Origin: the human T2T-CHM13v2.0 reference genome, Homo sapiens
Length of the DNA: 64,000 nt
Assembly (NCBI RefSeq): GCF_009914755.1
Contig: NC_060942.1
Reading direction: 5' to 3' (one strand)
Below the pieces are notes generated by a model, which was not told the DNA's origin, ran no database searches, and was given only the letters and a program-made list of their open reading frames with translations. Both the position numbers and the translations under genes were made by a program. Below are positions 30,175 to 43,202 of this stretch, piece by piece. How positions within the stretch are numbered: the stretch's first letter is position 1; each line of letters opens with the position of its first letter.

Positions 30175-30320
30175 TCTCTCATTTTATACAAGAAGAAAGT
30201 GGGGTACTTGGTTGGCAAGATTAAGCACCTTGCCCAGTACACATTACTGAAAAGTACCAGAGCCAGGATCTGACCCTAGGTCTGTAGAGCTCCAAAGCAA
30301 TGTTCTGAATCCCTCCTGCC
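30175..30320 (-). mobile_element. MIR fragment
   Basis: cattttatacaagaagaaa...agagccaggatctgaccctaggtctg. Confidence 0.65.
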
Positions 30321-31639
30321 TCTCCTCTTAAATGTGCTTTCTTTATCCCTGAGTGCATGTCACTGAAACTCACCAATCACACTCCATAAATGCAGAATGT
30401 TGAAGTATAGGGCCAACTGAGGACGGAAGTTAAGGAACCAAATTTTATTCATTAGTAAACAATTTCCAAATATGTCTGTAGCATGGATTAGCGAGAATGA
30501 TGAGTTTAAGGGCTATAAACCACCTAGAAGATCTAGACAAGGTAGAGTATGAGTCTGTTAGAAAAATAAAAATAGAAGCATAAAAATTAGATAAAGGAGA
30601 AAGCAGGCAAACACCTACAGATTCAAAGAATGCCTTACTGAATACAAAACATATCAGAAGAAGATCCTGCAATCATAGTGTACCATAAACAGAGAGCAGC
30701 AGATAAAACTACTTTAAAATGTTCACAATGATAAGATTTCAACACCATTGAGATTTCTCTTCAGAAAGTCACTTAATTCCCCTCTCATAAGGTTAACGTT
30801 TTCATTCTTTGGTGGAGACTATATTAAGGAAATGGCAAATAGGCAAAAAAAGAAGAAAGGGATAATGCTCAGATTAGCTCAAAGATTACTAGAGTGGGAA
30901 CAGAGGCTGTGTCAACTCAGTAATGTTGATGCCTTGGTAATTCAGAGGTATGTAATGAGGCCAGCACTGAGGGTTGCACTGCCATCATTTATAATCTGTA
31001 GCATTTTTTGCTAGTGTCAAAAAGTTAAACTGCAGTTATCTCACAGAAGTAAATTCTATTCATAAAACTACAAAATCTCTACTCTGCAAAGGGCACTGAA
31101 TAGTAAATTATTTTGTTAGACAGTCACAGATTGAAAGATACACACCCATGTCAAGATTATAATTTAAACTAGTAGGCAGAAAAACAGATCCTTCTGGTTC
31201 TCATTCTCTTTGAAAGTTCTGGGGCAAATTCTCCAGATTGTATCTCTCATTCAAATACATGTTCCTTGGGTAAATTTAGATAAGACTGAATTCAAAAGAA
31301 ACAGGCACCTGCTAAAACCCTATCTTCCTTAAGGGGTCAGTCATGAACTGAGATCTATAATGGTTATTGTTGCTTTTATTGCTGTATGTTTGCAGAACCT
31401 TTTGCAATTATAACCAGTAGTTATTAAGGTCCTTAAATTCTCTGCAGTTTATGCTGATAAAGGGATCTCATTAAGGTAAAATAAAACTACGTTTACTAAC
31501 TGAACATTGGGACTGGAATTTCTAAGTCTTAGCCCTTTCATTCATTTCTTTGAACTTCTGAAGACTCTGCCTCTTATCAACTCATCCCCTCTTCCTATAA
31601 GGCACCTTGAGCACATGAGTCACCTGGAGACTTCAATGC

Positions 31640-31960
31640 ACTGCACCTACTGAGTACCTACTATGTGCCAGGCAAGCTCTGAGCACTGGAGCAGAGAAGG
31701 AAGAGACAAGATCGCTGTACTAATGGAGGTCACATCCTAGTGGGGGAAACAGGCAAAACCAGATACAGAGACATCTGCTATGAAGAAAAGTAAATATGGT
31801 AAGGGGCTTGGAAACAACCCAAGTGGGCAAAGGAAGAGAGCTATATTAGATCGAGTAGTCAAAGAGAGCCTCTCTAAGGAAGTGGCAATGGAGAAGCAAC
31901 AGGACAGAAACGAGAGAGCAAACCTCCTAAATATTGAGTAGGGAAAAAGTATAGTAAAGA
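31640..31960 (-). mobile_element. L2a 3' end
   Basis: tactgagtacctactatgtgccaggca...cacatcctagtgggggaaacag. Confidence 0.8.
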
Positions 31961-32894
31961 GAATTGAAGCCCCACTCCTGAGAGATCTGGGCTACATCTA
32001 GGAATCCATAACTGTAGCGAACCAACAAAGCAACTGCATCACGGCTCCAAGGGGCTCCTTTTGAGAAACACTGCTATTAAGGATAAATATGGAATCCTCC
32101 GTACCCAACAATACTGGCCCATCAGAGCAGCAAAGCATCAACACCAAGACGTCCCCATCAAGAGGCAAAGGCAAGGCTCCTGCCGAGCCACCCACCCACC
32201 TGCCCACACCCAAATGGGGCTCCAAAGACGGCCGCATGGGACCCCCACGGCGCCTTAACCAGCTGAGCACCACCAGCCCTATCTGCCTTTGAGCATGCAT
32301 TGTGCATGACACTTGAGACTGGTTATGCCCCACGAAAAACCTTTTTCTGTCTGCTCCAAGGCAACTCAGGCCCTTCTGGTACATACACAAGAAAACCCCC
32401 ACTATATTAAGTCACTCCCTACTGGACTGAAGGTTTCTAAGCTGGTACACAGTAGCAGCTCAGTAACTGATGAATTATAATAAATAACAATGACTAATGA
32501 CAGTAACATCCCTATTGTCAAAATGTTTGTGAAAATGAACCAATTTTCAGCAGTGTAACATCCAGTATAGCAGCTTTCTATTATACTTTCAACACAGCAA
32601 CGTATTTTAAAAAAAATTGGGTCATTTATTTCAATAAGACATTTGTTAGCACAACACAGTCATTAAATCACAAACACGCAATCCTGTCACCCACATTAAA
32701 CTTTAAAATCATTCCACATAATGAAGGTTACATGGACGTTGAGTGCCTGCTTATAAATAACGCACAATTAGAACACTTTCTCATCTCCAAGAATTAATCG
32801 TTTTTCCCTGAGACCTGTTTCAAGTGTGCCTCAATTCCCTGCCCGTCCCCACCACCTACACTGCTGAGTGTGAGGAGGCATCTTCTGTAGTTTC

Positions 32895-33020
32895 CCATCC
32901 ATTCTCAAAAAATATTTGCTCAGTACCTGTAGTCAGCATTGTTCTAAGTACCGGGCATAAAACAGTGAACAAAAAAGACAAAAAGGCTTCCCTGCCCTCA
33001 GGAAGCTTCGCATCCTAAAG
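32895..33020 (-). mobile_element. L2 3' end
   Basis: aaatatttgctcagtacct...acagtgaacaaaaaagacaaa...ccctgccctcagga. Confidence 0.75.
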
Positions 33021-35169
33021 CAGTATCAAGGGGTGCTTTGACATAAAACCAAAAGCCTTGCCTTCCCTCCCAAGAGTCACTGATGCCTCCCTGTGATGCT
33101 GTCGTGATCATTTTTGCCAGTTGCACTGTAGGGCTCACCATGGTTTGGAGGCAGATAACTACATTTCACATTTGTGTTAAGATGGGGGACAACTGAACGT
33201 TAGAGAAAACACATTGCTGGACCATGGAACACTGCTCTGATATGGTTTAATTATTAAAGTTAGGAAGCTGCTATCTCCTTTTCTTTATGCCTGAACATCA
33301 AGTGTGGCCTCGTAATTATCAGGCGCACATACAAAATTGCAACTCATTTCTGTACATTAAAGAATGCTCCAAAAAGCATCAACTACACAAAGATAGGTAC
33401 TGTGGGGCCCTGAAGGGTTGAAGTTAGTGTGAGGGTCTTTTCTCATGGCAGAGTCCATCAGTGAGAGCTGCTTAGAGGAGCCCCCTCTTACCCACTCCCC
33501 TTTCTGGCTTTGATTGTTATGCTCACCAGGAGTGACTCAGGCTGCTGTTCTTATCATCCAGGCATCTCAAATGCTATTTTAAAGTACATGGAAGTTTAGC
33601 TTTTGTCCAAAGCCTAAAGAGCTGCTACACCAATTGAAAAAGAGAACACACAATTAACTCATTTTATCGATTTCCCAAGTTAAGTTCTTAGACTGAACAA
33701 ATGGGATCAGATTTCAAAAGATTAAACTTCCATCTCACAGCCCCATTTAGGGCATTAAAAATCTATCTGCCACCTGAGCTTGGCTTTGTGGTCCTTTGCC
33801 TCTTCTCTTTAAATCATGTTAGATTATTTCCTTTGGCTTAATGTCGGCCCTGTAAGGTAATAAGCAGTTGCAATGAGGAGATGGTATTATTTTACTGATG
33901 AGTAAACTGAGATGCCAGCCAGCAAAAGTTAAAAAGAAAAGAAAAAAATTAAAAAAGGTGGTAGAGGTAGAACTTTGTTTCTTTAAACTGCCGTGCTGTT
34001 ATAATACTGAGTTTATGTTATGTAAATTTTGGAGAATGCACAGAAAGTCAAGTCATGGCTGGGCAAAGAAACAAAGGATGTGCCTGTCTCAACCATGGCC
34101 CAGAGCTTCAGCTTAAACTAACTCTCAGCCTATTCAAAGCCGCACTGACTCCTCCAAGCTAACCAAGGCTCCTCTTGGGAAAGGGTGCCCACACAATCCT
34201 CAAAGAACCCAGAGGTACAGCCCGGCTTCCCAGGATAGCTGCCTTCTAATTAAGAGGTAACTTAGGCCTTGGAGAGAATCACATTTATATAATAAAGTTA
34301 CATAAACTGTTCCCAATTCAGACATTTGTCTGAGCTGGGCAAGCATGTTAAGTGTCAGCTGACTCCGTCAGAGCCTCGACACACGCTGCTCCAGACGGAA
34401 CTTGGCAAAGAACTAGAGGACCAGAAATAAGAGTTCATCCTTCTACTTGAGTGGCCAGCACCGCTGCATCTAGGAGCAGAACAGCAATAAAAATGGAAGG
34501 GCAGGAAGTGTGGGGAAGACCAGTAATGCTGGTGTTACCTCGACAGGTGGAGCAGGTGTGGTGGCTGCCCCCTTGATAAAGCCCATGACAGGAGGCAGTG
34601 CTGCCCAAGACCTTGTTTATCTGTAGAACCCTCCTCCAGACCAAAGTTGGGTGAAGCCACATGGCAACTTGCCTCCTGCTTTCACACCCAGGAAGCTCCC
34701 AGTTGCTCCAAAGAACATTTTGAAAATCCAGACATAGCAGAGAACAGAGACGAAGCCAGAGGACAGCACCTTTCTGATTCCACAATTTGATGGTCCACTC
34801 AGTGCTGAATCTCAGTTTGCATCTGCCCACCACTTACACCTGTCCCCACACTGTGCCTTCCTCCTCTCTGCTCCATCATACCTGTCCCAGTCATGCCAAC
34901 AGCTCTCCCAGGGATCCTGATCCCCAAGGTGGGCAGCCACCTGCACACTGTGTTAGGATACTCTCCAACAGCATCCCATGAGCATGTCTTAGCTCTTCAA
35001 ACACACCACAAGGTCCTCTCCCCTACTCTTCACAATACTCAGACAGCAGTGAGCCCTTGGCTAATCTTCAGAAAGTGTCTATGGAATTCAATCTTACGGC
35101 TAGACTTCACTAGCCTTACATAACAGAAGTCAACAGTTATGCAACCCTCTCCCTTCCTGCAGAACTTGC

Positions 35170-35284
35170 ATTCCTCACTTACCAAATTATGTACGGAGCA
35201 CCTACCAGGGCCAGGTCTTGTGCTAGGCTCTAGAAAGTTGGTGGCCAGACAAAAATAAATAAAACACACACACACACACACAGA

Positions 35285-35326
<42 letters not shown>

Positions 35327-35360
35327 GTCCCTATCCTCAGAGCTGACAGTTTACTAGTAA
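35170..35360 (-). mobile_element. L2 3' end carrying a (CA)n
   Basis: gagcacctaccagggccaggtcttgtgctagg...gtccctatcctcag. Confidence 0.65.
35264..35322. repeat. (CA)n microsatellite with one GAGA interruption
   Basis: Directly visible. Confidence 0.97.
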
Positions 35361-36398
35361 AGCTGATCAAATCCCCTTATGGTGGGAGTCTAATGATTAG
35401 TATGACTTCAGAATCTTACAGAATAGTCTAGAGCCACTTAATAACCAGCTCCAACATTTAAATCCCCATTACCGGATATCTGGCCTCATATGTTAGGGAA
35501 TTCTTAAGGACAGTGTATGGGGAACAGTTTCTCTGGTCAGGATTCTGTGGGTATGTGGGAGGGGGGAGGGTAGTGGTAGGTAAAGTTCTGGATTTTTTTC
35601 ATTGTTTAAAAAGGTAGCTGTTAATGGCTGCTTGCCTTCTACTTTTAAACGAACAGGTTTTGAATGTTTCCAGTTATCACTAATCATAGATGCATGAGGA
35701 AAGAAACTAACAATGCAACACCATGGGACCTTTACTCCCTAGCCTGTTACCTTTCCATCCCCCCATCTCTTCAGGGTGTAAGACACTAACCAAAATGGTT
35801 TTCCTAAAAGAAGGTTTAAAATGGATCACTAAACAAAATTAGGAAAAACTGAAAGTCTAAGACAGACTCCTAAGAGCAATCATGTCATCCCTATGACCCT
35901 AATAGACCAAAGTTTTCGGCCATGGGCATGGCTACTTATCTTTCACCATCATCCCCCTACGTGTGGCGATCCATGCCCACAACAGCCTTCTCTCTGCAGT
36001 ATAGGCGGAGTACTTGAGGGATGGAGCAGCCTGATCACTAGTCAACAGTCATCACTTGGCACTCTGCAGTCAGTCTGTAGAAGAACTTCACTGTTACTAA
36101 ATGAACACCTGGGAAGCAGGATGCTTGTTCCCCAAATCCAAAAGAGGAAAGCTCAGGCATGAGCTGAGAAGCAGTTCTGCCAATAAAGAAGATAGGCTTA
36201 ACTTTGCCTACCCAAACTGGAATCATTCCCCTCTGTAGCAAGAGACAGCTTCAGATTTAAATCCAAAAAAAGAAAAAAAAACCTGCTGCATCTCTTGAGT
36301 TCTCCAATGTGCCAAGTTCTCAATTAACCCAATGGGACACAGAAGGTGAATAAGGCCGTTCCTAACCTCAGGTGGCTTAACCCTTGCTCTGGTTTGAA

Positions 36399-36575
36399 CA
36401 GCTGTTCTCAAAGTGTGGTCCCTGGATCAGCCGCATAGCTTCACGGGGGAACTCGTCAGAAATGTACATTCTCAGGCCCCACCCAGACCCACTAAATCAG
36501 CAGTCTAGGGTATTCAGGAGTCTTTAACAAACCTTCTGGGCAATTCTGATACCCACTAAAGTCTGAGAACCACTG
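36399..36575. mobile_element. MER5A, near full length
   Basis: Terminal inverted repeats cagctgttctcaaa ... tctgagaaccactg; internal ctcaggccccacccagacc. Confidence 0.88.
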
Positions 36576-37915
36576 AGTTACCAAAAAAAAAAAAAACCAA
36601 AAAACAAAAACCACACACAACATCAACAATGAAGAATCAGCATCTGTGATGTCATTTAGCTATGAAGGTATTTCCTACATAAGACTCGCATACCCAACTT
36701 TTTTGACAATGACACACTGTCACAGCACATAAGTACTATTAAGTACGTAGCAGCAATTGACATTTTGTTATGAGATAAACATTAACCCTATCTTCTTTGA
36801 TAATAAGCAATCTCTGAATATTCATCTATATTTGGTAGCTCATTTCAAAAATGCCCTTTTTTGGTCAAGATACGATTATGTTCTTTGGTCCCAATTTGGG
36901 GTGATTAAAAAAAGCAACTTAGGTGAATATTAATATGACCAAGCCCCTATAAAAAAGGGCAGCAGTAAAATTTCTACAAATAAGTCTAGAGAGGAAACTT
37001 CAAATTCTCATTTAAAAAAAAAAATAGCATGCTCATGAATTCCAAACTCTATGGGTTTATTTCTTCAAGGCTCTTCCAGGAAGACCCAACATTCCACACC
37101 TTTGTAAAGCCTGTCTAAGGCCTGGAACAGCACTTCCAGCCCCATGAACAGATGAGGGACAGGCCTCCATGATCTCTAAGCACAGCAGAAGACATTAGTT
37201 ATGGAATTTTCAAAGTTTAGATTATATCTTTCTATATACCATATCATCGCCCCCTTTCTCCCTGGGAGTCTTTCTTCCTCTCTAGAGGAAAAACTTGTAA
37301 CTTACAAAATGGGAGAATTAGAATACCTACTTGTTCCTTAAATGCTCTAAAAGCCGAGAAAAAAAAAAGTGCATTAAGAAAACAGGGCCATTATTCTCTA
37401 TCCATAGGTACCAGCAATTCCCAGCAGAGCAGGAGAGAAAGAAAAGCTACAGGCAGACCCAAACAGCTTCCCAGCTTCGGCTCACAAATGGGAGTGATTT
37501 TGTTGCTAAAAACATCCCTCCTCTCTCAGACCCCTCAGGCCTGAGCCCATAGAAGAGGTCTCTGGCTTATATAATACCACCACCACATAGTACGCCATGC
37601 TTGGGTCCAGGGGCTCACGATCTGGCTTTACACAGTAAGCACTTACTGTATGAAAGGAGCAAAGTCAGTGCTGGGCAGTCCCATCTCCTCCTGAAACTGT
37701 GCTCCTGCACTGCCAGATTTCACATGGAAGTGAAAGGATAATAAATTCAAGTGGATGACAGCCATACATTACCACCGGCCTGATGAAAATGGCCTTTTTA
37801 TTAGTGACTCAGCCTCCTTCACTCAATGCAATCAAGCAAATGTTTGCCAAATGATTGCAACTCAGTAGGATACAACTGCCCATCCACCCGCCCCCAACTA
37901 AACCCTGAGACCAGC

Positions 37916-37996
37916 TAGCATGACTGTCTCAGTTTGCCCAGAACTTCCCTGGCTCAGCAACAAAAGGCTGGCAAACTAGGATGGTTGGTCACCATA
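37916..37996. mobile_element. MER81-like hAT-Blackjack MITE
   Basis: gtctcagtttgccc ... ggcaaactaggatggttggtcaccata. Confidence 0.6.
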
Positions 37997-38272
37997 GGAC
38001 CAGCAGACCTATGGCTGCCGCTGCAGAAAAACAAATCTTAGATAGGACCGCATGTGTCCAACCTGAAGCCCAATGAGAGTTGCAGAAAGAGGTTGTCACA
38101 GCCTTTAGTAACTTAAAGTCAGTGTCTTTCTGGTGAAGAGCACTCAATTAAGAGCTAGAAGCCTAGGTTAGTAGTTCATATGCATGCCCAAATTTGACAG
38201 TCTCCTGAAGGGCTTAACTACAGCACAGAGTGCTGATCCCCAGGTCTGGTGTGGGACTCAATTTGCATTTCT

Positions 38273-38358
38273 TTTTTTATTATTATTATACTTTAAGTTT
38301 TAGGGTACATGTGCACAACGTGCAGGTTTGTTACATATGTATACATGTGCCATGTTGG
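38273..38358 (-). mobile_element. About 85-bp L1PA 3' terminus
   Basis: ttattatactttaagttttagggtacatgtgcacaacgtgcagg...; TSD gcatttct. Confidence 0.93.
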
Positions 38359-38365
38359 CATTTCT

Positions 38366-38577
38366 TTTTTTTTTTTTTTTTGAGACGGAGTCTCGCTTTC
38401 TCGCCCAGGCTGGAGTGCAGTGGCGCGATCTCGGCTCACTGCAAGCTCCGCCTCCAGGGTTCACGCCATTCTCCTGCCTCAGCCTCCTGAGTAGCTGGGA
38501 CTACAGGCGCCCGCCACTATGCCTGGCTAATTTTTTGTATTTTTAGTAGAGACGGGGTTTCGCCGCGTTAGCCAGGA
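38366..38577 (-). mobile_element. 5'-truncated AluY
   Basis: CpG-rich Y-type sequence; TSD catgttggcatttct at 38351-38365 and 38578-38592. Confidence 0.96.
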
Positions 38578-38797
38578 CATGTTGGCATTTCTAACAAGCT
38601 CCCAGGTGCTACTGTTTGTTGCTAGTCACAGACCACACTAAGAGTAGTACCAGCTTAGACCACGGCTCACCTATAACCAACTGAGAAAACCTGAGTCAAC
38701 TATCAACCTTCCTGGGAAGCCATTTAACCTCTCTGGTCTTGTCTCTACCTATAAGATGTAAATGATCAAGAGCTCTTCAAATTCTGGACTTCTAGAA

Positions 38798-38985
38798 TAG
38801 TGTTTCTCTAATTTTAGCATGTATAAGAATCACCCAGAAAGAGATACCTGGATTCTGTGGAAACAGATTCCTGGATTCCTCCCCACTTACTGATTCTGCA
38901 GATCTGAGGTGGGGCCCAGGAATCTGGATTATAACCAGCTCCGGGTGATGCTGCAGAGGGGCCCACATGGAGCTGCACTGTTCTA
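38798..38985. mobile_element. MER5A/B
   Basis: agtgtttctc...agaatcacc...tgaggtggggcccaggaatctg. Confidence 0.75.
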
Positions 38986-40759
38986 TCCCAGACGAGGGGC
39001 TCCTCCAACAGCATTTATATTGATTTTAAACATGAAGCTGAGTAGCAATTACCCTACAGGTTTCACATCCTTCAGCTTCCTATTCTTGTAATCCTCAACA
39101 AATTCTGTTTTCTCTCCTCACTCATTACACCAACAGCTGCATTCCATCTCCCTCAACTTTTTGTCTGTGGATTCAGAGATTGCTGTCACTGCAAACAGAG
39201 TAATCTCGTGGGCTGTAGAAGTTTTCTGTTCAATGATCTATCCAGTTCGCATGACAGGGTCAGAGAGAGACAACTGGAAAGGATAATTTCCTCATCCTGA
39301 AGATGAGAAAGAGGGAGATTCCGGAGCTTTCCCGAAGTCCCAGGGTCAGTGAGCGGCAGGAATTAGTTCATGATCTCCAGCTCAATTATTCACATGTCTC
39401 CTTCTCCTAAGGGAGGGATGTATTAAAGGGAAAACCTCATCAATATAAATCAGCCCGAGTTGTTCATCGCGCCACTTATCACTGAACTACACTCCAGCTC
39501 TTTTTCAAGTACTTGTCCCAGAGCTTCAAAGAAAATTTTTAAAGAAAATAAGCTAGAGAAGGTCTTGCTGAAAAAGGAAAAAAAATTAGTTTGCTGTGAT
39601 ACCTTCTGAGAAGCACAAATATTTTAAATGAACTGGTGAACTAGACCCTTCCTCAACAGTGGGCTAGAACCAAGAGAGAGGGGCAGCCTTCTCATAGCTC
39701 CAAAGTTGAATATTGTGCTCCCTGGGAACATATTTAAAAAAAGGTCTAGCTTCTAGCACATACGGCACTAAAAAAGGCATTAAACAGAAACACCACTGTG
39801 TTCTCCACAGAAAGTGGTGTGTGCATTTACAAAACTTAAGTATTTAAGCAATCCACTTCAGCATTTATGATATAGACAGAAGGAACAAAGACTTATCGAG
39901 CAGTGCTTTCAATTTTAATGCCTTTTGGGGGCCAGAAGTATAATTGGTCAGCTTCACAACCTTCACAGTGTTCTTCTCCTCCAGGAAGCACCGAGTGTAA
40001 ATGTGGAAGACTCAAGTGAGGTCTGAAGGCAATGTCTGCTCGAGATTGGCTTCCCAGAGCCATAGGTTTCTAGCATCTGTCTTCTGAACCCCTTGCCTGA
40101 CTCACTAAAGGTGAAACATGGAAGGAGATGCAGGCAGCAGGAGGGTGACCCCTCAATTCTCAGGGCAGTGTTGGTCTGCGTTGCTGGGACCCAGAGAATC
40201 CCATGTGAGGTCTCAACGGGCCATGTCCTAAGGAAGCACACCTACGAAGTGGAACTGTCAGAGCCACTAGGAGCATTTGTCTACCGTCCTCAGCCCTCTT
40301 CCCCCAGGGTGGTATGCAGAATGCCCTGGACAGGAGCCAGCCAGCAATCCTGGGTCCCAGCCTGGCCCTTCTGAGTAAGCTGCTCGACCTCAAGCAGGTC
40401 ATAGCTGAGCCTCAGCTTCTTTGTATGTGATATGGAGACAATAATCCCTGCTTAGTCTAGGGGTGGAGAACACCTTGTGCCAGGGTAAAAGGCTACCTCT
40501 GGTTTTAGGGGAGTCCCCATTCTTAATGTACACCCCCAGGCTGGCCCACCTTCACAAGAGCAGCTGATGAGCACTGCTACTTCCTGGTCAGCTGGTAGAT
40601 GGTGAAAGCTGACCTGCACGCCATTTAAAAGGCTTCCAATGTTTCAGGAGCTTCTAAGGCCAAACTCCTCAGCTAGAGAATGAAGGACTCTTCTATCCAC
40701 CTCCAGCCTGCCCTCCAGCCCGGGAGTCAGCAAGACCAGCAACTTACGGCCAGTGCAGA

Positions 40760-41080
40760 TGCACCTGCTCTCCTCTGGGCATTTTCAAACCCCACTCCCA
40801 TATCTGAGATGCTTTCCCTTCTCCTCTGTTTCTCAGTCCTCGAGGCCTAGTGTGGGTTCCTCCTCTGTGAATCCTTTCTGTCCTGAGAAGTCTCTTTCCT
40901 TCCCTCTGTGAAACTTTCCCTGAACTCCTGCAGTAGCACCATCAGCCCCCAGCGTGCCCACGTGGTCTTCATTCCAAAGCTTGCGTTATCTATCCCTTCT
41001 AGATTATAAGCACCTCAAGGCCTCACTTATTTCTTCACTCCAGTGTCCAAAGTGGTCTAATAAACATTGCTAGAATACAT
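40760..41080 (+). mobile_element. Degenerate L2 3' end
   Basis: ctagattataagcacctcaaggc...aataaacattg. Confidence 0.45.
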
Positions 41081-41799
41081 ACACTGGTAGCTTTATATAG
41101 TGAGACAATTATAGTATCAATGACCTTCTTAAGTAAAATTCCAAGTCTTGTGTATGTCTTTCTAAACAAACTTAGCATGTGAAAATTGGATTTACCTAAA
41201 AGATTTATCAAAGGGCTCTGTGTAGCAGCATTCACCAGAGGACTCCTTTAAATATCAAGTGCCCCTGCATTAAAACAGGATTCAGTTTGATATTTTTTCA
41301 GGAACTCTCAATTTACTGAGAATTAACTATCACCAATGGAAGGCATTCTTCAGAACTCACTATGATCAGGGCCTGCCCTGTGTGCCTCCTCACTTCATCA
41401 TTCAATGTAAATACAAAGCACCCACTTAAATGGTCACAGGGACAAGAAAAAGACCCTATAGCCCCACAAACCCAAACAGGCACTGTCTTCACTAATGCCC
41501 AACCACTGCAGCTGCCACAGCCTCTAGCCCAGGGATACCTCCAGCAATGTAGGTCCTGACTCATGGATCTACTAGCAGACAACCAAAGACTGCCAGGACC
41601 CCATGCAACTACCAATAACAGCCCTTTCTCACTGCAATCTGTAAAGTCTTTGCTTTTGACTAAAATATTTGAAGTGGACATCACCCTTAGTTTCCTTTTT
41701 CCTACTTCCAAGATTCACACTGGCTATGGAAAGTTCATGAGGCTTGCAGTCAAATAGGCAGGCCTGAACCGACCCCCAAAGCTGCTGCTTTGCAGCCAT

Positions 41800-41930
41800 G
41801 CAACCTCAAGTGCATAATTTAGTCTCAGTCTGTTTCCTCGTGGAAAAAGCAGGGTGCTGTGAGAACTAAACATAAAGTACAGAAAGTACCAGAACACTGG
41901 GCACAGATGAGGCATTTGCTCAATGACAAT
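41800..41930 (+). mobile_element. MIR fragment
   Basis: tctcagtctgtttcctcgtggaaaa...ctgggcacagatgaggca. Confidence 0.55.
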
Positions 41931-42058
41931 TTTCGCCACCAAAACACCCTTCTCCTAATCACACAAATTCATTTTAAAAGCCACTAAGTGGTAGGATATC
42001 TGCCCTAAGTAGAAATGTGGTTCTTCTTTGGTGGCGCTTAATTTAAAAACAGAACCCT

Positions 42059-42405
42059 GGCCAGGCGTGGTGGCTCATGCCTGTAATCCCAGCACTTTCG
42101 CAGGCCGAGGCAGGCAGATCACTTGAGGTCAGGAGTTTGAGATCAGCCTGGCCAACATGGTGAAACCCTGTCTCAACTAAAAAAAAAAAAAAAAAAAAAA
42201 AAAAATCAGCCAGGTGTGGTGGCAGGTGCCTATGATCCCAGCTACTTGGGAGACTGAGGCAGGAGAATCGCTTAAACCTGGGAAGCAGTTTGTGCCACTG
42301 CACTCCAGCCTGGGGGAGAGGGAGAGAGGAAGAGAGGGGGAGAGAGAGAGAAAGAGAGGGAGGGAGGGAAGGGGGGAGAGAAAGAGAGGGAGGGAGGGAA
42401 GGGGG

Positions 42406-42444
<39 letters not shown>

Positions 42445-42480
42445 ACTCCATCTCAAAAATAATAAATAAAAATTAAAAAA
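42059..42480 (+). mobile_element. AluSx-like with internal polypurine expansion
   Basis: Alu with degenerate TSD aacaga(a)ccct; purine-only insert near the 3' end. Confidence 0.93.
42312..42441. repeat. 130-bp A/G-only tract with a 30-bp tandem duplication and (GA)n
   Basis: Unit gagagaaagagagggagggagggaaggggg at 42346-42375 and 42376-42405. Confidence 0.95.
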
Positions 42481-42491
42481 TAACAGACCCT

Positions 42492-43200
42492 GAAATGCAA
42501 ATCAAAACCACAATAAGACACCATTTTACATCCACTAGGATGGCCTCAATAAAAAATAAAATAGAAAATAAGGTGTCAACAAAGATGTAGAGAAATTGGA
42601 ACCCTCAGACATCGACTGCTGATGTGAATGTAAAATGCTGCAGCTGCTGTGGAAAACAGCTTGATGTCACCTGAGAAAGCTGAACACAGAATTACCATGT
42701 GATCTAGCAATTCCACTGCATGCTATATACCCAAAATAACTGAAAATAGGTACTGAAATACTTTTCTATGAAAGTGAATGGCAGCATTATTCACAACAGG
42801 TAAAAGGTGGAAACAACCCAAGTGTCTATCAGCTGCACAATGGAGAAAATGCGGTACATCCATACAACGGACTATGTTCTCATACAGCCTACTATGCAGG
42901 TGAACCTCAAAAATATGCTAAGTCAAAGAAGTCAGGCACAAAAAGTCACATATTATATGATTCCATTTAATATGAAATATCCAGAATACACAAATCCATA
43001 GACAGAAAGCAGATTAGTGGCTACCAGGGGCCAACAGGAGGGAGAAATGGGTACAGGTCTCCTTTGTGGGTTATGAAAATTTTTTGGAACTAGAGAGAGG
43101 GAGTGTTTGCACAACATTGTGGATGAACTGAATACTACTGAACTGTACACTTTAAATGGGTAATTGTATATTATGTGAATTTCACTTCAATTTTTAAAAA
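42492..43200 (+). mobile_element. L1MB-like 3' region
   Basis: gaaatgcaaatcaaaaccaca...; atagacagaaagcagattagtggctaccaggg; actgaactgtacactttaaatgg. Confidence 0.88.
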
Positions 43201-43202
43201 TT

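Larger units (their letters stand above)
38170..38650. mobile_element. MER5A interrupted by L1 and AluY
   Basis: caggtctggtgtggg...atttgcatttct|aacaagctcccaggtg is contiguous once the inserts are removed. Confidence 0.75.

Noticed and set aside
34343-34400. Short hairpin tccgtcagagc...gctccagacgga
   Set aside because: Imperfect stem of about 11 bp, too short for a pre-miRNA and no match to an RNA family I recognise.
39986-40016. Possible 31-nt + strand micro-exon (ttcttctcctccag|GAAGCACC...CTCAA|gtgag)
   Set aside because: Not a multiple of three, no partner exons, and such motif pairs arise by chance. It would need junction reads.
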